A stretch of 64,000 nt of DNA, from contig CAMCTJ010000007.1 in assembly GCA_945878405.1 (NCBI GenBank), positions 74,779-138,778 on the forward strand, given 5' to 3'. Shown here piece after piece: positions 19,674-29,299 of this stretch. Below the pieces are notes generated by a model. The model did no database searches. It saw only the letters and a list, made by a program, of their open reading frames with translations, and was not told the origin of the DNA. Origin of the DNA: Bdellovibrio sp. ZAP7. Its GTDB lineage: Bacteria; Bdellovibrionota; FAC87; UBA2466. Every line of letters starts with the position of its first letter. Positions within the stretch are counted from its first letter, which is position 1. Both the position numbers and the translations under genes were made by a program.

Positions 19674-20746
19674 AGAAAGTCTTTTTAACTCTGCTAGTAT
19701 TAGGCGCCTCTGCTCCTAGCTTTGGTGCGCGCTTAAAAGACATTGCGACTTTAAAAGGGGCAAGAGCAAATCAGTTGTTTGGATATGGCATTGTCGTCGG
19801 TCTCGCCGGTTCGGGAGATAAATCCAATGAATTAACGGAAAACTCACTTGGCCTTGTCTTAAGAGGGCTGGGAGTAGATGTTAAAAACCAAAAGATGGAA
19901 ACCAAAAACGCCGCTGCGGTTATTGTAACGGCAACTCTTCCCCCTTACGCAAAAGGTGGGACACGATTAGACGTTCAAGTTTCGAGTGTAGGCAGTGCGA
20001 GTTCATTGGAAGGGGGGACACTGATGATGTCTTCGCTCAGAGGCGCTGATGGAAAAGTATACGCGATGGCAAGTGGTAAAGTCCTTGCGCTTAAAAAGAT
20101 GGCTGCTTCTGGAGGAGCAGGAGGCGGTGGAGGTTCTAATTCACAAAACTTGGTGACTGGACTGATTCCAGGAGGCGCTTCTCTTGAAAGAGAAATCCCC
20201 CAAAATTTTGCGTCCATGAAAGAGTTTCGATATCAGTTGTTGAATCCAGATTTCACAACTTCTGTAAGAATGGCCAGAAGAATCAACGAAGAGCTAGGAG
20301 GAAAATATGCCACTGCTGTTGATGCAGGAACCGTTGATGTTTTGCCGCCCTACCATTACGAAGCAAATCCAGTGGAGTTATTAGCTCAAATCGAAGTGAT
20401 AGATGTAGAAGCGGATACTCGATCCAAAGTAGTTATTAACGCTAAAACGGGAACAGTTGTTTTGGGAGATCAAGTTCGCATCGCACCCGTTGCGATAGCA
20501 CAAGGAAATCTCAAGATTGAAATTCGAGACGAAAGAGCCCCCGCAGCTGAAGGTGGTGCCGCAGCGGCTGCTGAAGGCGAATCAACTAAAAAAGATCAAA
20601 AACTGATTGTCATGAAAAAAGGCGCCAGCATTGCGGATATTGCTTCGTCGCTTAACGAGATGGGAGCCAGCTCTGAGGATCTCATTTCACTTCTCCAGGC
20701 GTTAAAAGCTTCAGGAGCTTTAATGGCCGAAATAGAAATGCAATAA
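19670..20746 (+). CDS. flgI: Flagellar P-ring protein FlgI
   Basis: 358 aa. Signal peptide, 'RLKDIATLKGARANQLFGYGIVVGLAGSGD', conserved C-terminus. Confidence 0.85.
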   Translation: MKKVFLTLLVLGASAPSFGARLKDIATLKGARANQLFGYGIVVGLAGSGDKSNELTENSLGLVLRGLGVDVKNQKMETKNAAAVIVTATLPPYAKGGTRLDVQVSSVGSASSLEGGTLMMSSLRGADGKVYAMASGKVLALKKMAASGGAGGGGGSNSQNLVTGLIPGGASLEREIPQNFASMKEFRYQLLNPDFTTSVRMARRINEELGGKYATAVDAGTVDVLPPYHYEANPVELLAQIEVIDVEADTRSKVVINAKTGTVVLGDQVRIAPVAIAQGNLKIEIRDERAPAAEGGAAAAAEGESTKKDQKLIVMKKGASIADIASSLNEMGASSEDLISLLQALKASGALMAEIEMQ

Positions 20747-20749
20747 AAT

Positions 20750-21046
20750 ATGAAAATTAATCCAAATCCAAATCCTGTGCTTCCTTCGCAGGGGGAAAAT
20801 CAGCCTCCCGAAAATAAGGAATTGAAAAAAGTCGCAAAGCAGTTTGAAGCGGTTTTTATAAATCAAATGATAGGCGCGATGCGCAAGACGGTTACTCCTG
20901 GTGGATTAATTCCCGAGAGCAACGCAGAGCGTGTTTTTAAGGGAATGCTAGATAGTGAAAATGCTGAGAGAATGGCTGACAGCGAGCAGCTAGGCCTCTC
21001 GAATATCGTCTATGAGCATTTATTGCGCACTTCTCAGGGAAGATGA
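20750..21046 (+). CDS. flgJ: FlgJ-like rod-binding protein (N-terminal rod-binding domain only; no glucosaminidase domain)
   Basis: 98 aa. 'QFEAVFINQMIGAMRKT' is the Rod-binding domain motif. Position after flgI. Confidence 0.6.
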   Translation: MKINPNPNPVLPSQGENQPPENKELKKVAKQFEAVFINQMIGAMRKTVTPGGLIPESNAERVFKGMLDSENAERMADSEQLGLSNIVYEHLLRTSQGR

Positions 21047-21074
21047 TAAACTATATTTAAACGAGGAGTGGATT

Positions 21075-21401
21075 ATGAAAGTTTCAAACCAAGTTCCGAT
21101 GCAGCCCACCGTGGTTGATAAATCAAAAGAATCCACCCCTTCGTCAAGGGCCACCACCGATACTTCAAATTTACAGGTAGGTCGGGGCAGTAGTGGTGCC
21201 TCCGTGGAAATTTCTGAACACGCTCAACTGATGAAGCAAGCGAGTGAAATTGCCAGAAACACTCCAGATATCAGACGAGATAAAGTCGAAATGCTTAAAA
21301 AGAGCATCAAAGACGGAACTTACCAAGTTGAAAGTTCAAAGATCGCTGATCGATTAGTGGATGAGCATATGCGAACTGATTTTGGTAAGAATCTTCTTTA
21401 G
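21075..21401 (+). CDS. flgM: Anti-sigma-28 factor FlgM
   Basis: ORF 21012-21401. The internal ATG at 21075 is preceded by GAGGAG. The C-terminus 'RRDKVEMLKKSIKDGTYQVESSKIADRLVDEHM' matches the FlgM sigma-28-binding region. Confidence 0.6.
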   Translation: MKVSNQVPMQPTVVDKSKESTPSSRATTDTSNLQVGRGSSGASVEISEHAQLMKQASEIARNTPDIRRDKVEMLKKSIKDGTYQVESSKIADRLVDEHMRTDFGKNLL

Positions 21402-21437
21402 TTTTTTAGTGTCATTCACACTTAATTCGGGGCCTCA

Positions 21438-21917
21438 ATGTCTATCCGTTCCCAGGAACTTTTGCTTACTTGGAGCCAGGAGTGTATCGAATTGGCTGAA
21501 CAAGTTTTGAAAGTATTAGAAAAAGAACGACAAGGGCTGATTGCTTTCGATATTGAAAAGATTACCAGCAGTACTATCGAAAAAACGGCCTTAGTAAATC
21601 AGCTCAAAGAAAAACGAGAATCTCTCAAAAGACTTTCGCAAGTTCGCTTTGGAAAAAGTGTAGCAGAAGTAGAATCTGAATTTTCCGAAGCATTGATTGA
21701 TAAGTGGAGAGCTCAAGAGTCTAAATGGAGAATGTCTTGGATGCATCTTTCAAAAAGAGCTCAGTCCAATCAAAGTCTTTTGAAGCACTCACTTAAGAAT
21801 GTTGATCTTTTACTGGGAAATTTAAAAAGCCTTTTCGGAAATCCAGGTGTCTACAATCAATCTGGTAAACGTCAGGATCTTTCTACGTCAGGAAAAGTCT
21901 TGGAAGGAAGGTTTTAA
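21438..21917 (+). CDS. flgN: FlgN-like flagellar export chaperone (candidate)
   Basis: 159-aa helical protein immediately upstream of and abutting flgK, the position FlgN usually occupies. Sequence similarity is weak. Confidence 0.4.
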   Translation: MSIRSQELLLTWSQECIELAEQVLKVLEKERQGLIAFDIEKITSSTIEKTALVNQLKEKRESLKRLSQVRFGKSVAEVESEFSEALIDKWRAQESKWRMSWMHLSKRAQSNQSLLKHSLKNVDLLLGNLKSLFGNPGVYNQSGKRQDLSTSGKVLEGRF

Positions 21918-23344
21918 TGGCCGTCAACGATATTTTAGATGTTGGACAGCGCGGGCTTCAAGCCCAGAGGCAAGCTCTCACCACCACTTCCAGTAACATC
22001 GCAAACGCAAACACTCCAGGTTACAGCAGACAAAGAGCCCAATTAGCAAACCAGCCCCCTCAGACAGTTCACGGTCTTCCTACTGGCACAGGAGTAGAAG
22101 TAAAAAAAGTTATCCGCGTTCACGACGATTTTGTTCAAAAGCAATTAGTCGATGAAAATCAAAGTCTCGGAAATGTTAAAATTAAAGCAGAGACCCTCTC
22201 CCGATTCGAAGCTCTTGCTACACAGGAGGGATCAAACCTCAACGAGTCATTGAATCGATTTTTCAATGACTTTCGAGAGCTATCTACAAACGCAGAAAAT
22301 CCATCACTGAGAAATGTAGTCAAGGGCTCAGCAGAAAGTCTTGCTCGAGCTTTCAATCAGATGAGCAGTTCGCTTGAAAATGGAAGACGAGAGTTGGATC
22401 TGAGAGTAGGGGATGCCGTTAATCAGATCAATATAGATGCAAAAGAAATTGCGGAACTCAATAACTCTATCGTTCAGGCCCAATCTCGTGGAGAAGCACC
22501 AAACGAACTCATGGATAGAAGAGATATGCTGGTGCGGGATTTATCACAAAAAGTGGATCTCCAAGTTACTGAAGATCAACGCGGGCAAGTGACCTTAGTT
22601 GCAGGAAATGCCGTCGTAGTACAGGGATCAGACCATTTCGATTTGAGCGTGAGAAGGTCTGCAGCTGAAGGAGAAAAAGCTGCTGGCAGTATGAGTATCT
22701 TTGTGAACTCAACTGGTGTACCTCGCGAAATAACTAAAAGTATCAAGAACGGAGAGCTAGCGGGTCTGATGCAGGCTCGCGATAAAGTCATTAATCCAGC
22801 GATGCAGCATTTGGACAAAATCGCCTTTAGCGTAGCTCAGAAAGTAAATGAAGCTCACAGCGAAGGAACGGGTCTGGATGGAGTTTCAAACCGAAAGTTT
22901 TTTAAGGAGCTTGGGGATAAAGAAGAGCATGCTGCTTTCCAGTTTGGTTTGAGTGACGACATTAAACAAAACCACGAGCTAATTGCTGCCGGCCAATCAG
23001 ATGCTCCGGGAGACAATCGAGTTGCTCTTGCGATATCAGAAATTCAAAATGAAAAGATATTACCAGCCAATGAGCTAGGCGGATCTGTTAATTTTACGGT
23101 GAACGAATCGGTAAACAATCTTGTTTCGCAGGTCGGAATTAATACCCAGCATGAGACCCAGATGTTTGAGCATCAACGAGCTATTGTAGATCAACTGGAA
23201 AACTATCGGCAGTCTTTTTCAGGAGTGAACCTCGAAGAAGAAGCTCTTGATATGATCAAGTACCAAACAGTTTTTAATGCCTCGGCCAAAGCTATGAAAG
23301 TAGGAGAGAGCCTTTTAGAAACCATCCTGACTCTAAAGGACTAA
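21917..23344 (+). CDS. flgK: Flagellar hook-associated protein 1 FlgK
   Basis: 475 aa. N-terminal 'LQAQRQALTTTSSNIANANTPGYSRQ' and the C-terminal flagellin-like rod domain. Confidence 0.8.
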   Translation: MAVNDILDVGQRGLQAQRQALTTTSSNIANANTPGYSRQRAQLANQPPQTVHGLPTGTGVEVKKVIRVHDDFVQKQLVDENQSLGNVKIKAETLSRFEALATQEGSNLNESLNRFFNDFRELSTNAENPSLRNVVKGSAESLARAFNQMSSSLENGRRELDLRVGDAVNQINIDAKEIAELNNSIVQAQSRGEAPNELMDRRDMLVRDLSQKVDLQVTEDQRGQVTLVAGNAVVVQGSDHFDLSVRRSAAEGEKAAGSMSIFVNSTGVPREITKSIKNGELAGLMQARDKVINPAMQHLDKIAFSVAQKVNEAHSEGTGLDGVSNRKFFKELGDKEEHAAFQFGLSDDIKQNHELIAAGQSDAPGDNRVALAISEIQNEKILPANELGGSVNFTVNESVNNLVSQVGINTQHETQMFEHQRAIVDQLENYRQSFSGVNLEEEALDMIKYQTVFNASAKAMKVGESLLETILTLKD

Positions 23345-23347
23345 TTT

Positions 23348-24250
23348 ATGCCTAGCCGAATTTCTACATCGCAATTATTTTCGAATGCACAAAATCATAT
23401 TGCGACCGCAAGAGAGCGCGAAGTGAGTTCGGCTACGAAAGCCGCTACTCAAAAAGAAGTAACCAAGCCTTCTCAAGCTCCAGCGCAATGGACGGTTGCC
23501 GCTAATCTCAAAGATGATTTATCTATCAGAGAAACCATTGCTAAGAATGCCAAATTTGCGAATAGTTTTTTAACAGCCTCAGATAATACGTTAGCCCAGT
23601 TGCAAGAATTGGTCGGAAGGACTCATGAGCTTGCGATTGAAGCCAGTGGAAGTGCCTCGGTGAATCCTGAGCAATACTATCGTGTGCTTCCTGAAGTTGA
23701 GGGTTTATTTCAGAACGTGCTTCAAGCCCTCAATACAGAGTTTGGCCATAGGCCTGTCTTCGGAGGATATCAGAGCCATCAAAAAGCTTTCGATGCTGAC
23801 GGCCGTTTCATGGGCGATAACGGAAAAATTGAAGTCGAAATCGATCGCAATCTCAAAGTGCCTGTGAACTTATCGGGCTCCCAGATCGTCCTCGGCGAAG
23901 GACTGCAACGAGGGGTAAATTTGATTGATACTTATCAATCCCTTCTTTCCGGACTGAGAGAGGGAGATGTCGAACAGGTTCGTGCAAGCTTGGAAGGTTT
24001 GACTGGGGTAGTCGACCAATTTTCATTGGGTCGAACTCAAATAGCTGGAGCAATGACCGAAATTCAGAAGGCTCTAGATTCCCATCAAATTCAACAGGAG
24101 CAGGGCCTGAAAGTGATTTCCGAGTTAGAGGATGCTGACCCCATAAAAGTGTTTTCCGACCTCACCAGAGACCAAACAGTCCTCCGCGCAGCTATCGAGA
24201 CCAACCGTAAAGTGCTGAATGAAGATCCAGTCGGCACGCTGCTAAAGTAG
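23348..24250 (+). CDS. flgL: Flagellar hook-associated protein 3 FlgL
   Basis: 300 aa with the 'RISTSQLF' N-terminal flagellin-like motif. Position after flgK. Confidence 0.65.
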   Translation: MPSRISTSQLFSNAQNHIATAREREVSSATKAATQKEVTKPSQAPAQWTVAANLKDDLSIRETIAKNAKFANSFLTASDNTLAQLQELVGRTHELAIEASGSASVNPEQYYRVLPEVEGLFQNVLQALNTEFGHRPVFGGYQSHQKAFDADGRFMGDNGKIEVEIDRNLKVPVNLSGSQIVLGEGLQRGVNLIDTYQSLLSGLREGDVEQVRASLEGLTGVVDQFSLGRTQIAGAMTEIQKALDSHQIQQEQGLKVISELEDADPIKVFSDLTRDQTVLRAAIETNRKVLNEDPVGTLLK

Positions 24251-24335
24251 CCCCGCGTCAAAAACTTCACAATTCCTCTTTCAAGTTATCATCGCCTAGA
24301 ACCGAAAGTATCTTTGAAGCAGGTGCCGACGTTCT

Positions 24336-24566
24336 ATGCTCGTATTAACTAGAAAATTAGGTGAAAGCATCGCGATCGACGACGATATCAAAATCGTTGT
24401 TGTTCAAATCAAAGGCAAACAAGTCCGATTGGGAATTGAAGCGCCGCGCGATACAAAAATCCACCGAGAAGAAGTCTACATCGCTATCCAAGACTCCAAT
24501 AAAGCAGCTGCAGAGAGCTCTATTCCTGTCCTAAAAACTCTTGCTAAGACATCCCGAGCCAGTTAG
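24336..24566 (+). CDS. csrA: Carbon storage regulator CsrA
   Basis: 76 aa. '[48 protein letters not shown]' is near-canonical. Confidence 0.9.
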   Translation: MLVLTRKLGESIAIDDDIKIVVVQIKGKQVRLGIEAPRDTKIHREEVYIAIQDSNKAAAESSIPVLKTLAKTSRAS

Positions 24567-24622
24567 CATTTTGATATAACAGGTTTTCCCAATAAAATCA
24601 TTTTCCTAGGAGCGATGAGCCC

Positions 24623-25171
24623 ATGATGATTGAAACATCACGCTTTGGTAGCATTGCTGTATCTGAAAACGACATCATCACTTTCCCAGAAGGGATGTTG
24701 GGGTTTTCTAAAATTGACCAGTATGTCTTAGTAGAAAGAGCGGATGATTCTTTGTTCATCTGGTTACAAGCTCTCAAAAAGCCAACGGTTGCGTTTCCAC
24801 TTCTTGAGCCACAGATTCTTGAAAGAAATTATCGAGTAGAGATGATTGATGAAGATCTGAAGACGATCCGCATGAAGGATTTAAAGCACTCTAAAGTGTT
24901 TTCAATTATCACTATCCCGACGGATCCCACAAAGATGACAGCTAATTTGAAAGCACCAGTGGTCATTAACGTAAAAGATAAATTGGCTAAACAAGTTATT
25001 CTTCATAATCAGGATTATCCGATTCGCAAGGCGATCTTCTCTGAGCTGCAACAGTATTGTTTAAGTTCTGAAAGAACCATTTTTCCGACTGAGGATAATT
25101 CAACCTACCATGCGATTCCTATTTCAGAGCAAGGAATCAGTCAGGCGAGAAAACTTACCGAGAATCTGTAA
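24623..25171 (+). CDS. fliW: Flagellar assembly factor FliW (CsrA antagonist)
   Basis: 182 aa. 'ETSRFGSIAVSENDIITFPEGMLGF' and 'LKAPVVIN' are FliW motifs. Confidence 0.8.
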   Translation: MMIETSRFGSIAVSENDIITFPEGMLGFSKIDQYVLVERADDSLFIWLQALKKPTVAFPLLEPQILERNYRVEMIDEDLKTIRMKDLKHSKVFSIITIPTDPTKMTANLKAPVVINVKDKLAKQVILHNQDYPIRKAIFSELQQYCLSSERTIFPTEDNSTYHAIPISEQGISQARKLTENL

Positions 25172-25622
25172 CAGATTCTTGGGACCCTTTCTTGAGTCTT
25201 TGGTAGATATTTAAAACCTTCTTAACGTACAGTTGAGTTTCCTTGAATGGCGGGATCCCGCCATATCGATCTACATTGCCAGGGCCAGCATTATAAGCGG
25301 CTAAAGCCCATTTTATATTGCCTCGGTAACGGTTAATCAAAGTCCTTAGATAATCACAGGCCCCCATTAAATTTTCAGTCGCATGGTAAGGTTGGCGGAT
25401 CCCTTGAGCTTCCGCTGTTTTGGGCATTACTTGCATTAATCCCATCGCTCCCTTAAGTGAAGTCGCATGGGATTCAAAATTGGATTCTACTTGTACCATA
25501 GCCTTGATCAGAGAGGGATCGAGTGATGAGCGTAAAGCGGCATCTTTAATTCGTTGATTAAGGTCGTGAGGCGCAGAAAAAAGGGGAGTGCCCAAAAGGA
25601 ATAAAAGAATAATGGAAAACAT
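25155..25622 (-). CDS. Small SLT-domain lytic transglycosylase (candidate flagellar SltF-like enzyme)
   Basis: 155 aa. Signal peptide, 'AMVQVESNFESHATSLKGAMGLMQVMPKTAEAQGI' and 'AAYNAGPGNVDRYGGIPP'. Convergent with the flagellar operon. Confidence 0.7.
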   Translation of the reverse strand: MFSIILLFLLGTPLFSAPHDLNQRIKDAALRSSLDPSLIKAMVQVESNFESHATSLKGAMGLMQVMPKTAEAQGIRQPYHATENLMGACDYLRTLINRYRGNIKWALAAYNAGPGNVDRYGGIPPFKETQLYVKKVLNIYQRLKKGSQESVTDSR

Positions 25623-25624
25623 GA

Positions 25625-26650
25625 TTAGAGATAATAAACTAAACCGTACGTCCCCACGATGATGGTTCCCGTACCCGTGTAGAAACGTAAATCTCCTCGG
25701 AGAGTTGCTCCTAGGAGAGGAATATCAAAAAATATCCCGGGACCAACAAAGAATGTTCCTCTCGTCAGTGGAGGGGAGTTGTAAGTGAGATTAGGTGAGC
25801 CGTAGCCATAATTTTGAGTGATTGAAAAAAGAACAGAAGCGACATCCAGTCCAACCGAAAGTTTTACAAATTCTTCTTTAAAGGGAAGGGCGTAACGACC
25901 CCCAATACTTCCAATCAAATAGGTTGAAGCTGAGAGACCGCCTTCAATTGAAACACGAGGCTTGATCTGATAACCGGCTGAAAGACCAAAAGTCACGGTG
26001 CTTGCGGAAGTGCCATCACTACCAAAGCGAGACATTCCTAGACTTGCGCCAATATAGGTATTGGAATCGGTGAGACTGGAGAGCTCTCTAAACAATACTC
26101 GAGACTCTTCGGCGACTCTGGGATCTCGATTGGCTCTTTGTGAGGAACTTGCCAACTTCTCAGATCTCGCTCCAGGAAGCTCCTGATACTTTTCTTCCTT
26201 ATGCGAAACAATAACCTCATTAAAAGCAGATCTAAATTTAGATTCTATAAAAGTGGAATTAAGAGCAGTTCGTGGAGCGTCGTTGAAGTTTTTTGAGCTC
26301 ACAATAAATTCAAGAGGGTGATTTTTATCAAAGAGAAAAACGGAAATACGTTCTTGTTCTAACAAAACAAAAGACACCGCATCCACGCTGGAATTTCGCA
26401 TCGCGCGGCTGATTTCGATTGGAGTGAAGCCGGGAAGGGCTTCCTCAGAAGTAGAAGGTGCGTACGACCCAGTCTCTTTGTAAAGTCTAACCAGAGCTTG
26501 TTGCAGCGGGTTTCCCAAATTGTAATTGGAGGAATCAGTGGACGGGAGTACCGACACTTTAACCGGTTGCTCTTCGGCCTGAATTAAAGCGGGAAAGAGC
26601 GACATCCCGAGAATCAAAGAAGCTAAAAGGCCAAAGGATATGTTTTTCAT
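25625..26650 (-). CDS. Secreted/outer-membrane hypothetical protein (possible beta-barrel)
   Basis: 341 aa. Signal peptide MKNISFGLLASLILGMSLFPALIQA and a Gly/Tyr/Thr-rich C-terminal half with alternating hydrophobics. 2-nt spacing to the SLT gene. Confidence 0.4.
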   Translation of the reverse strand: MKNISFGLLASLILGMSLFPALIQAEEQPVKVSVLPSTDSSNYNLGNPLQQALVRLYKETGSYAPSTSEEALPGFTPIEISRAMRNSSVDAVSFVLLEQERISVFLFDKNHPLEFIVSSKNFNDAPRTALNSTFIESKFRSAFNEVIVSHKEEKYQELPGARSEKLASSSQRANRDPRVAEESRVLFRELSSLTDSNTYIGASLGMSRFGSDGTSASTVTFGLSAGYQIKPRVSIEGGLSASTYLIGSIGGRYALPFKEEFVKLSVGLDVASVLFSITQNYGYGSPNLTYNSPPLTRGTFFVGPGIFFDIPLLGATLRGDLRFYTGTGTIIVGTYGLVYYL

Positions 26651-26678
26651 GGATACCCTTATTTTAACACAAGAGTTA

Positions 26679-28814
26679 TTAAGCTGCTAATCGGGGAGGC
26701 ACTACTTTCTTTTTGGAGAAGTAGTAGTTCGATGCACGTTTATTTGCGCCGCTCAATCGGACACAGTTAAGTGCAATCCCCACTGGTGCTTTAGAGAAAA
26801 CCTTACAGGTTTGAATAGCTTCTTGAATATCTTTTGGCCGCGTTGAGAAAATTCTGGCCACAAGAATAATCAGATCTCCTAATCCAGCCCATTGGTGAGC
26901 CAAATTAGAGGCAAAGAGAGGAGGCGTATCAATAAAGATCATGTCGTATTCACTTCGAAGCTCTTTCAGAAGCTGTTCCATGGGCTTTAAGAAATGGGGA
27001 AGAGCTACAGTTTCCATACGTTGACCACGAGGCATGAAGTCAATTCCGCCATATTCCGTCTTCAAAATAAGGTCACGCCAATTGGATAAACTTGTAGAGC
27101 CTTGTAAGAAGCTTCCCAGACCTTTGGTCGCATCTTCGGAGAAACCAAAGAATTTGTTGGGGTGCGCAGTTAACAAGTCACCGTCAATGAGCAGGGTCTT
27201 GCGCTCTGGATTTTGAGAGGCAATAGACAAGAAGTGAGTCAGCGTGCTCTTTCCTTCGCGAGCATGAGGAGAGCTAACAATTACCACCGGACACTTTAAG
27301 TCCTTTGTCTCTCTCACAATTCGGTAAATCATGATCTTTAAGTGTTCGAGACCATAACCGGGGATATCATCTTGAACCGTTCTGAATCGTTTCACCAAGG
27401 GTACTTTTCCCAAGACAGGGAGACTCAGTCTATGAACTTCAGCTTCCGAGTCAAGTCGTGGGAAGATAGCCATGAGAAGGACTGAAGTGATCGCTATCAC
27501 AAAAAGACTCATCGAAAAAGCGCCATACAAGTACTTAGTGAACTGCGGCGAACTTCGGTGATTTGGGAGCGAAGGATTTGCAAGTTTGAAGATTTCAGCA
27601 CTACCAGCTGATAACTCAACTTCTGTTTCTTGTTCTTTTTGATACAAATTAGTCATGAGCTTTTTACGATGAGAAAGCTCGGCGAGCATTCTCTCATAGT
27701 CTAGCTTCATTTGACCAAAACGGCGTTCTTTGCCTTGAAGTTCTTCGATCTGAGTTTCAAGATTTTTCAATTGAAGTTTGCTGCTGCGGTATTCAATTTC
27801 TAAATTTGCTAGCTTTTTACTGACTTCAGCTGGAGGAATTGGCGTCTTCATAGAGGCCATGACTTCCTCTTCATTTACTTTTGCAAGTTGTTCTGAGGCT
27901 TCTAAAAGTTGTAGTTTTATCGATTCGGCACGTTCTTTAGCATCAGCTGCAGCGGAAGCTTCTACGAGCTCTAATTGATATTGGAGTTCGCCTACTTTTT
28001 GAGTAAGAGCTGCAATCGTACCCGTTCTCGCAGTGAGCTCACCTTTGGCAGCTCGAGGGACTTCCAAAAGAAGAGAGCGGATAGCGCGATTATTAGCAAT
28101 CTTTTGCATCAATGAATGGCGACGCAATCGAAGTCTTTGAAGACCTTTTTCTTCCACGCTCTGTACAATGTAATTGAAGAATTCTTCATTGTTTTGTTGG
28201 AAATCAACGATCTGCTTTTCTCTTTCTTTAATTTGGGAAAGGAAACTTGAAATTTGGCGGGAGAGAAAATCACGTTTCATCATGATGTCTCGTTGACCAA
28301 TTTCAGGGTAGTACTGCTCTATAGTGTTCATGTAAACCAAGCAAAGATCATGGGCGGCTTGGGCTACTTGAGAAGTACAATGAATATTGTAGATATCGCT
28401 GTTTTTATCGTATCCTAGATTAACAAACGCACGGAATCGCTCGGCTGGCAGTGGGCTACCACCAGGGAAGTAAGGTCGTAAATGGGGAGGACGGCCTTCA
28501 TTACTATAAAACTCAGTTAGAGCGATCTGAAATCGCTCCATCATTTCAGCGCTGCTAAGTAAGTTAGCTAAATTTTGTTTTCTCGATAAACTATTGTTAG
28601 AGAGCCCAGGAACGATTGCTTGATAGAGACTTCTTTTAGATGAGTCGATCAAGATACGTGCGTGAGAATCAAAAACTGGGGGAGATTTACTGAAATTATG
28701 AATGGCAACAGAATAGATCGCAGCGATTTCGAGAATAAAGAGCCACCAATGCGTTCTGAAATAGGTGAGCGCCTTATAAAGAATCTGAAATTCATTTACA
28801 GGATTTTGAATCAT
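26679..28814 (-). CDS. Polysaccharide co-polymerase / tyrosine autokinase (Wzc/GumC/EpsB-like)
   Basis: 711 aa. Two TM segments flank a long coiled-coil periplasmic domain. The C-terminus has Walker A 'SSPHAREGKSTLTHFLS' and Walker B 'LLIDGDL'. Confidence 0.7.
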   Translation of the reverse strand: MIQNPVNEFQILYKALTYFRTHWWLFILEIAAIYSVAIHNFSKSPPVFDSHARILIDSSKRSLYQAIVPGLSNNSLSRKQNLANLLSSAEMMERFQIALTEFYSNEGRPPHLRPYFPGGSPLPAERFRAFVNLGYDKNSDIYNIHCTSQVAQAAHDLCLVYMNTIEQYYPEIGQRDIMMKRDFLSRQISSFLSQIKEREKQIVDFQQNNEEFFNYIVQSVEEKGLQRLRLRRHSLMQKIANNRAIRSLLLEVPRAAKGELTARTGTIAALTQKVGELQYQLELVEASAAADAKERAESIKLQLLEASEQLAKVNEEEVMASMKTPIPPAEVSKKLANLEIEYRSSKLQLKNLETQIEELQGKERRFGQMKLDYERMLAELSHRKKLMTNLYQKEQETEVELSAGSAEIFKLANPSLPNHRSSPQFTKYLYGAFSMSLFVIAITSVLLMAIFPRLDSEAEVHRLSLPVLGKVPLVKRFRTVQDDIPGYGLEHLKIMIYRIVRETKDLKCPVVIVSSPHAREGKSTLTHFLSIASQNPERKTLLIDGDLLTAHPNKFFGFSEDATKGLGSFLQGSTSLSNWRDLILKTEYGGIDFMPRGQRMETVALPHFLKPMEQLLKELRSEYDMIFIDTPPLFASNLAHQWAGLGDLIILVARIFSTRPKDIQEAIQTCKVFSKAPVGIALNCVRLSGANKRASNYYFSKKKVVPPRLAA

Positions 28815-28929
28815 AAGTTGCCAGCTTCAAGATGCTTAACGGTAAAAGTTGGATAAAGCATGAAGGAAAAATGAACTTTTCTTCATTTTTTTTAAGGGCA
28901 CCGAGTCAGATCTGAAAGGGAGCGTCTCT

Positions 28930-29262
28930 ATGGGCAGGGTTAAATTAGACGATGTTGTTATTTCCCACCTTAAAGGGAGTGGCCCAGGGGGCCAGAATCG
29001 GAATAAACGAATGAGCGGGGTGAGAGTCCAACATTTGCCCACGGGATTAACAGTTACAGCAACGGAGAGGCGATCTCAAAAGCAAAACTTAGAGGCCGCC
29101 CTAATAAGGTTAGAGGAGAAGCTCCAGAAGTTGTTCCATCGACCGGCTCCCAGAAAAAAAACAGCGCCTTCTAGGGGCAGCGTACGAGAGCGTCTTTCGG
29201 TAAAGCGAGCTCAAAGCTCTAAAAAGAAGCTTCGCAGCAATAAAAACAATGAATGGGATTAA
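28930..29262 (+). CDS. arfB: Release-factor-like GGQ protein (ArfB/YaeJ-type peptidyl-tRNA hydrolase)
   Basis: 110 aa. 'SGPGGQNRNKRMSGVRVQH' contains the GGQ motif. Basic C-terminal tail 'KRAQSSKKKLRSNK'. Confidence 0.55.
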   Translation: MGRVKLDDVVISHLKGSGPGGQNRNKRMSGVRVQHLPTGLTVTATERRSQKQNLEAALIRLEEKLQKLFHRPAPRKKTAPSRGSVRERLSVKRAQSSKKKLRSNKNNEWD

Positions 29263-29299
29263 GCTGGGTGCCGATAGAAAGAGCAAAGGATATACTTAA

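Noticed and set aside
24290-24335. Sigma-28-like element (gAAAGTAT-N12-GCCGACGT) just before csrA
   Set aside because: The putative -10 element abuts the csrA ATG. A transcript could therefore not include the start codon or an RBS. Probably a chance match.
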